Of a stretch of DNA of 64,000 bases, positions 58,974 through 64,000 are shown piece by piece; position 1 is the stretch's first letter; each line of letters starts with the position of its first letter. A model generated the notes under the pieces. That model was not told the origin of the DNA. It did not search any database and saw only the letters and a program-made list of their open reading frames with translations. The translations under genes were made by a program, and so were the position numbers. Source of the DNA: a virus; the IMG/VR virus record IMGVR_UViG_3300044844_000928; one strand, 5' to 3'.

Positions 58974-59972
58974 ATGTTGCATATAGATGTTAAATTCATC
59001 AATCTTATCTCATCTAGATTGGAGAATTTTAAACAGTTAGCTGATTCAAAATATCAATTCAGATGTCCTTTTTGTGGCGACTCTAAACGAAATAAATTGA
59101 AATCGCGCGGCTTTATATACAGAAAAGAAAATGCTCTATTTTTTAACTGTTTTAACTGTAATCATTCTACCACTTTGGGAAACCTAATAAAGCAGGTTTC
59201 CCCATTAGATTATGATGATTATGTTGTTGAACGATACAAATCTAACACGAATAAATTTGCTGCACATGCTAAACCAGAGTTCGTTTATGAATCTCCAAAG
59301 TTTGAACCTAAACCTGTATCGCTATTGGATAAACTGCTACCTGTAACTGAATCACGGGCGGGGTTATCTTATTGTTTGAAACGCAAAATTCCAGATGATA
59401 AGATACCTTTGCTATATTATTCCGATTCATTCTTTCAGTTTGTAAATACAATTATCCCTAATAAGTTCAAAATGTCTAAGGGTGATTCTCCTAGATTAGT
59501 CATACCGTGTTACAATCGTGATAAACAACTTGTCCAGTTAACCGGTAGGGCGATTGACGATAATAAGATGAGGTATGCGCATATCTCGTTAGTTGATGAG
59601 CCTAAAACCTTTGGCATAGAGCGGTTAGATTTTTCAAAACGTATATTTGCTGTAGAAGGTCAAATTGATTCGTTGTTTATTGATAATTGTGTTGCGATGG
59701 GTAGCTCTGCGTTCGATACTAAATTCACCCGTGATAATAAAGATAATATCACGTTGGTTTATGATAATGAACCTAGAAGTCCTGAGATAACTAAATTAAT
59801 TGAGAAAAGTATTAAAGCCGGTTTTGATATTTGTTTGTGGGACGACAAGGTGATTGGAAAAGATATTAACGAGATGGTGTTAAACGGAGTAAATGTTCAG
59901 CAAGTCATTTCTGATAATACGTTTACCGGCGCTGAAGCATTAATGCGATTTATTTCGTGGAAAAAATGTTAA
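58974..59972 (+). CDS. DNA primase gp61
   Basis: FRCPFCGDS....K.RG...CFNC; RLVIP; GRA; VEGQIDSLF; YDNEPR; KDINEM. Confidence 0.97.
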   Translation: MLHIDVKFINLISSRLENFKQLADSKYQFRCPFCGDSKRNKLKSRGFIYRKENALFFNCFNCNHSTTLGNLIKQVSPLDYDDYVVERYKSNTNKFAAHAKPEFVYESPKFEPKPVSLLDKLLPVTESRAGLSYCLKRKIPDDKIPLLYYSDSFFQFVNTIIPNKFKMSKGDSPRLVIPCYNRDKQLVQLTGRAIDDNKMRYAHISLVDEPKTFGIERLDFSKRIFAVEGQIDSLFIDNCVAMGSSAFDTKFTRDNKDNITLVYDNEPRSPEITKLIEKSIKAGFDICLWDDKVIGKDINEMVLNGVNVQQVISDNTFTGAEALMRFISWKKC

Positions 59973-60010
59973 CTAAATTAAATTAGAACCAATTTTGAAA
60001 AGGATAATTA

Positions 60011-60721
60011 ATGAGTGATGTGAAATATGTTGGTATGGCGGTTGAATTAATTACTAGCATGGGAACAGATTCTTCTGTTGTTAATGCTGCTAGGGTATCA
60101 ACTGCAAAAGATGATAGATTTAAAACGAATATAGATTCTAAAGATGAAGGATTGATTAGATACTTAGCGGCACATAAACATTGGACACCTTTCGCTCATA
60201 CTGCCATAACTTTTAAATTAAAAGTGCCAATTTTTGTTGCTAGGCAACTTGTGAAACATCAGGTAGGCGGTGTTGTAAACGAAATTAGCCGCCGATACGT
60301 TGATTCAACACCAGAGTTTTATATCCCTGCTGAATGGCGTGCTAGACCAAAAAAATCAATTAAACAGGGTTCAGGCGGCGTAATACCTTTTGACGACTCA
60401 CATATTAAAACTTCAGTTGCATATGCTTTGTCTACATATGAAGATGCATTAAAAGATGGTGTTGCCCCTGAATTAGCTAGAATGGTTCTTCCTCAAAATA
60501 TGATGACAGAGTTTTATTGGACAGGCAGTTTGTTATTTTTTGATAGAGTAAGGTATTTCCGAGTAGACCAACATGCTCAACAAGAATGTAAAGAGATCGC
60601 TGAGTTAATTAGCGCCGAATGTGAAAAGTTATTTCCAGTATCATGGCGTGAATTATCTAAAAATGTTTTAACGGTTGAGCAACCGAAACGTTCTTTTTAC
60701 TCAAAATTAAAATTCTGGTAA
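60011..60721 (+). CDS. thyX: flavin-dependent thymidylate synthase
   Basis: VNAARVS; H.TPF.H; PIFVARQLVKHQVG..VNEISRRYV; PELARMVLP; HAQ.E. Confidence 0.96.
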   Translation: MSDVKYVGMAVELITSMGTDSSVVNAARVSTAKDDRFKTNIDSKDEGLIRYLAAHKHWTPFAHTAITFKLKVPIFVARQLVKHQVGGVVNEISRRYVDSTPEFYIPAEWRARPKKSIKQGSGGVIPFDDSHIKTSVAYALSTYEDALKDGVAPELARMVLPQNMMTEFYWTGSLLFFDRVRYFRVDQHAQQECKEIAELISAECEKLFPVSWRELSKNVLTVEQPKRSFYSKLKFW

Positions 60722-60800
60722 AATTATGGCGGTATATATAAATGACATATGCGGTGAATATACCGTATGAATATGGAAATTATAACACAATAGGATTGAT

Positions 60801-61793
60801 ATGGCAATAAGATTATTAACACCAAAATCAACATACACAGTGGATTATCCTACTGCGATTGAATTTGCTAAACAACAGGCTGAAATATTTTGGTTACCAG
60901 ACGAAGTTGAAGTAGAGAAAGATTTACACAGTTTAAAAACAGAATTTACTGAAGCGGAATATCATGGTGTTATTTCTACGCTTAAACTGTTTACAATTTA
61001 TGAGTTATCTGTCGGAAATGATTATTGGCAAAATTATGTGTGTAAGCTATTTCCTAGACCAGATATTCAAAGAATGGCAACAACATTCAGCTTTTTTGAG
61101 ATAGGCGTACATGCTCCCTTTTATTCAAAATTGAATGACGTATTAGGGTTAGATACTGATGAATTTTATTCTTCATATAAAGAAGATCCTACACTAGCAA
61201 GTAGAATGGCTTGGATTGGGACAAGAACTGAGAAAAAAGATTCTGTTTATAATGTGCTAAAATCTATTGGTGTGTTTTCTATGATAGAGGGCGCTATACT
61301 TTATTCGTCATTTGCCTTTCTAAAACATTTTAATAGTGTAGGAAAAAACAAGTTGGTGAATGTTAACGCCGGTATTAATTTTTCAGTAAATGATGAAACG
61401 ATGCATTCTGAAGCCGGCGCGTGGTTATTTAGAACTCTGCTAAAAGAAGCTATTGATGATGGTCAAATGTCTGAATCAGAATTAGAGCGTTTACATTCTG
61501 AACTTGAAGAAACAACTAAAGTTATTTTTGAGCATGAATCTATCATTATCGATAAGATTTTTGAAAAGGGTAGCATAAAAGGCATTACTGATAATCAATT
61601 AAAACATTTTGTTGAGTCAAGACTAGATATTTGTTTGGTGAATTTAGGCTATAAGGCTATTTTCAAGCCAAGTTATAACCCAATCGAAAAATGGTTTTAC
61701 AAAGATTTGAAGTCATCTGTGTTACATGACTTTTTCTCGTCACAAGGTAATGACTATAACAGAAATTGGGTAGAAGGGAGATTTGAATGGTAA
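60801..61793 (+). CDS. nrdB: class Ia ribonucleotide reductase beta subunit
   Basis: W..DE; E..H..FY; EG..L.SSF; DE.MH; HDFF. Confidence 0.95.
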   Translation: MAIRLLTPKSTYTVDYPTAIEFAKQQAEIFWLPDEVEVEKDLHSLKTEFTEAEYHGVISTLKLFTIYELSVGNDYWQNYVCKLFPRPDIQRMATTFSFFEIGVHAPFYSKLNDVLGLDTDEFYSSYKEDPTLASRMAWIGTRTEKKDSVYNVLKSIGVFSMIEGAILYSSFAFLKHFNSVGKNKLVNVNAGINFSVNDETMHSEAGAWLFRTLLKEAIDDGQMSESELERLHSELEETTKVIFEHESIIIDKIFEKGSIKGITDNQLKHFVESRLDICLVNLGYKAIFKPSYNPIEKWFYKDLKSSVLHDFFSSQGNDYNRNWVEGRFEW

Positions 61794-63496
61794 AAGATAT
61801 TTCAATTTATGAACAATTAGGCGAAGAACGCAAACTGTTACAGGAACAAGGTAAATTACCAGATTGGGTAACAACTGCTTCTTGGCAGATGCTTAAAGAA
61901 AATTATCTTTCTAAAGATTACCCTGATTTACAAAGTGTTTATACCAGAATAGCAAAACACGCGGCTAAATATACTTCATCTCCTGATGAGTGGGAAACAA
62001 AATTCTTTAACTTATTTTGGAAAGGTTGGTTAGCAGCGTCAACGCCGGTTTTATCTAATATGGGTATGGATTTTGGTTGCCCTGTGAGTTGTAGCGGTAA
62101 CTATGTGCAAGATTCTGTTTACGACTTTTACAATTCACAAAAAGAAGTTGCCATATTATCCAAAAATGGATTTGGAACATCAAGTTATCTTGGTGATATT
62201 CGCCCGAGAGGGTCAAAGATTAATGGAATGAAAGGGAGCGCATCTGGTGTATTGCCTGTTTTTAAAGATTTCGTTCAAGTTTCACGAGATATATCCCAAG
62301 GTAGCCAGCGCCGTGGCGCGTGGGCAGGATATATCGAGATTGATCATGATGATTTTTTCGAATTAGTCAACTACATTAGCAAAAACCCAGATGATGCAAA
62401 TATTGGTTGGATAGTTTCTGATGCCTTTATTGAAAGACTAGATGCTGGCGATAAAGATGCGCTTGACCGCTACCAAAAGGCGCTTAAACTTAAAATGATT
62501 TCTGGTAAGGGTTATTTCTTTTTTGTTGATAAAACGAATAGACAAAATCCTCAAATGTATAAAGATAAGGGGTTAACCGTAAAGGCATCTCAACTTTGTA
62601 CTGAAATTACATTATTCTCAGATAAAGATATTACATATTCTTGTGTTTTATCATCGATGAATGCGGCTAAATACGATGAGTGGAAAAACACATCGGCTGT
62701 ATTTGACGCAACTGTTTTCCTTGACTGTGTTAACCAAGATTTAATTAGAATCGGTAAAAACATACAGGGAATGGAAAAAGTAGTGGCTTTTGCTGAAAAA
62801 AGTCGGGCACTTGGTTTAGGCTTATTAGGGTTCCATACTTATCTACAAGATAATATGATTGCCTTTGAGTCTATGGATGCTTATTATAAAAATATAGAAA
62901 TCTTTAAACATCTTGACGAAGAATCCTTAGCCGCAACACAATGGATGGCTAAAGTATTTGGTGAACCAGAATGGTGCGTAGGTTACGGTGTACGAAACAC
63001 TCATAGATTAGCGGTAGCGCCTAATTTGAGTTCGGCATTAATTTGTGGTGCTGTGTCTCAGGGCATCGAGCCTATATACAAAAACGCTTATGTCCAAAAC
63101 ACGGCGGCGGGTAAAATTGATAGAGTTAATCCTTCATTATTACGGGTGATGAAAGAACGCAATGTGTATTCTGAAGAAACTGTAAAAGATATTATCGCAC
63201 ATAGCGGCTCAGTTCAGCAAGTTGATTGGTTAAGCGATGAAGAGAAAGCAGTGTTTAAAACGGCGTTTGAGATTAATCAAACACAAATTATTAGATTAGC
63301 ATCAGCGCGTCAGCGGTATATTGACCAAGCACAAAGTATCAATTTATTCTTTTCGGCTGATGAAGACGAACGTTATATTAGTGAAGTCCACAAATTAGCG
63401 TTCAAAGATCCATACATTAAATCTTTATATTATATCAGAAGCGAAACCGGCGTAAATTCTGCAAGTAAAGAAGCTTGTTTGGCTTGCCATGGTTAA
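61787..63496 (+). CDS. nrdA: class Ia ribonucleotide reductase alpha subunit (no ATP cone)
   Basis: STPVLSN; PVSC; RRGA; SQLCTEI; APNLSS; DQAQS.NL; LYY.R; C-terminal CLACHG. Confidence 0.96.
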   Translation: MVKDISIYEQLGEERKLLQEQGKLPDWVTTASWQMLKENYLSKDYPDLQSVYTRIAKHAAKYTSSPDEWETKFFNLFWKGWLAASTPVLSNMGMDFGCPVSCSGNYVQDSVYDFYNSQKEVAILSKNGFGTSSYLGDIRPRGSKINGMKGSASGVLPVFKDFVQVSRDISQGSQRRGAWAGYIEIDHDDFFELVNYISKNPDDANIGWIVSDAFIERLDAGDKDALDRYQKALKLKMISGKGYFFFVDKTNRQNPQMYKDKGLTVKASQLCTEITLFSDKDITYSCVLSSMNAAKYDEWKNTSAVFDATVFLDCVNQDLIRIGKNIQGMEKVVAFAEKSRALGLGLLGFHTYLQDNMIAFESMDAYYKNIEIFKHLDEESLAATQWMAKVFGEPEWCVGYGVRNTHRLAVAPNLSSALICGAVSQGIEPIYKNAYVQNTAAGKIDRVNPSLLRVMKERNVYSEETVKDIIAHSGSVQQVDWLSDEEKAVFKTAFEINQTQIIRLASARQRYIDQAQSINLFFSADEDERYISEVHKLAFKDPYIKSLYYIRSETGVNSASKEACLACHG

Positions 63497-63522
63497 TAGT
63501 AAATAAACAAAAAGGAATTTAG

Positions 63523-63675
63523 ATGACAACAAAACAGTTCGACTGTGACCATTGCGAGTCAAGCGGAAAAATAAGTATTAAAACAAAAGAAATAACGTTA
63601 AACGACATAGCGATTTGTCCCGTATGCGGGTCGCCGTTATTACAAGACGATGATGATTTTGAATTTGAAGATTAA
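63523..63675 (+). CDS. small zinc-ribbon protein
   Basis: CDHC...CPVCG with acidic tail; 50 aa; AAGGA RBS. Confidence 0.75.
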   Translation: MTTKQFDCDHCESSGKISIKTKEITLNDIAICPVCGSPLLQDDDDFEFED

Positions 63676-63694
63676 TTAACATTAGGAGTACATT

Positions 63695-63868
63695 ATGGCA
63701 GCAGTAAGCAAAGGTAGCAGAAAAGCGAATCCATTATTAACTAAAAACGGGAAACCTCGTCTTAAGTTATTAAATTTAACACAACTTGCCGCTCTATATG
63801 ATAAGAGCCAACGACCTAAAGATAAGAATAAAATTCGAAATAGGGTTGCGCATATGACTAAGCCATAA
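63695..63868 (+). CDS. small basic hypothetical protein
   Basis: 57-aa ORF MAAVSKGSRKANPLLTKNGKPRL...; AGGAG RBS. Confidence 0.7.
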   Translation: MAAVSKGSRKANPLLTKNGKPRLKLLNLTQLAALYDKSQRPKDKNKIRNRVAHMTKP

Positions 63869-63870
63869 TC

Positions 63871-63911
63871 AAAAAAAGGGGTGAACTTTTATTAGTTTGC
63901 CCCTTTACTTT
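63871..63911 (+). terminator. intrinsic terminator overlapping a TTTACT -35 box
   Basis: aaaggggtgaact...agtttgcccct tt. Confidence 0.7.
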
Positions 63912-64000
63912 TGGTAGAATTTATAATATAATGATTTTAACTAAATAAGTATTACTCATATTTTTAACGGGAAACCAAAAATGTCAGGATTTGAACAGTT

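Noticed and set aside
1-64000. tRNA/rRNA genes and stop-codon reassignment
   Set aside because: No cloverleaf-like sequence was noticed by eye (tRNAscan not run). Core genes are intact under the standard code and end in TAA, TAG or TGA.

Overview
AT-rich 64 kb segment of a large T4-like myophage genome. Recognisable core genes are RNase H, dCMP deaminase, DNA ligase, gp55, gp47/46, terminase gp17, UvsX, gp40, gp41, primase gp61, ThyX and NrdB/NrdA. They are interspersed with arrays of small early genes driven by a highly repeated terminator+promoter+leader cassette, and with four probable homing-endonuclease genes. The main candidate for an undescribed system is a six-gene cluster at 42305-48481: TET/JBP-type dioxygenase, aGPT-PPlase2-type DNA transferase, myo-inositol-1-phosphate synthase, T4 beta-glucosyltransferase-like enzyme, HAD phosphatase and P-loop kinase. 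Together these suggest a (glycosyl-)inositol hypermodification of DNA pyrimidines. Other highlights: a terminase fractured by an atypically split intein around a free-standing endonuclease; a mini-intein in gp41; about 13 proteins with a T4-type capsid-targeting N-terminus; an orphan C-terminal UvsW fragment with its own expression signals; a covarying hairpin shared by two unrelated homing-endonuclease genes; strong over-representation of GCCGGC/RCCGGY; and a non-coding region with inverted IHF boxes and a G4-like tract. All family assignments come from motif recognition by eye; no database searches were run.
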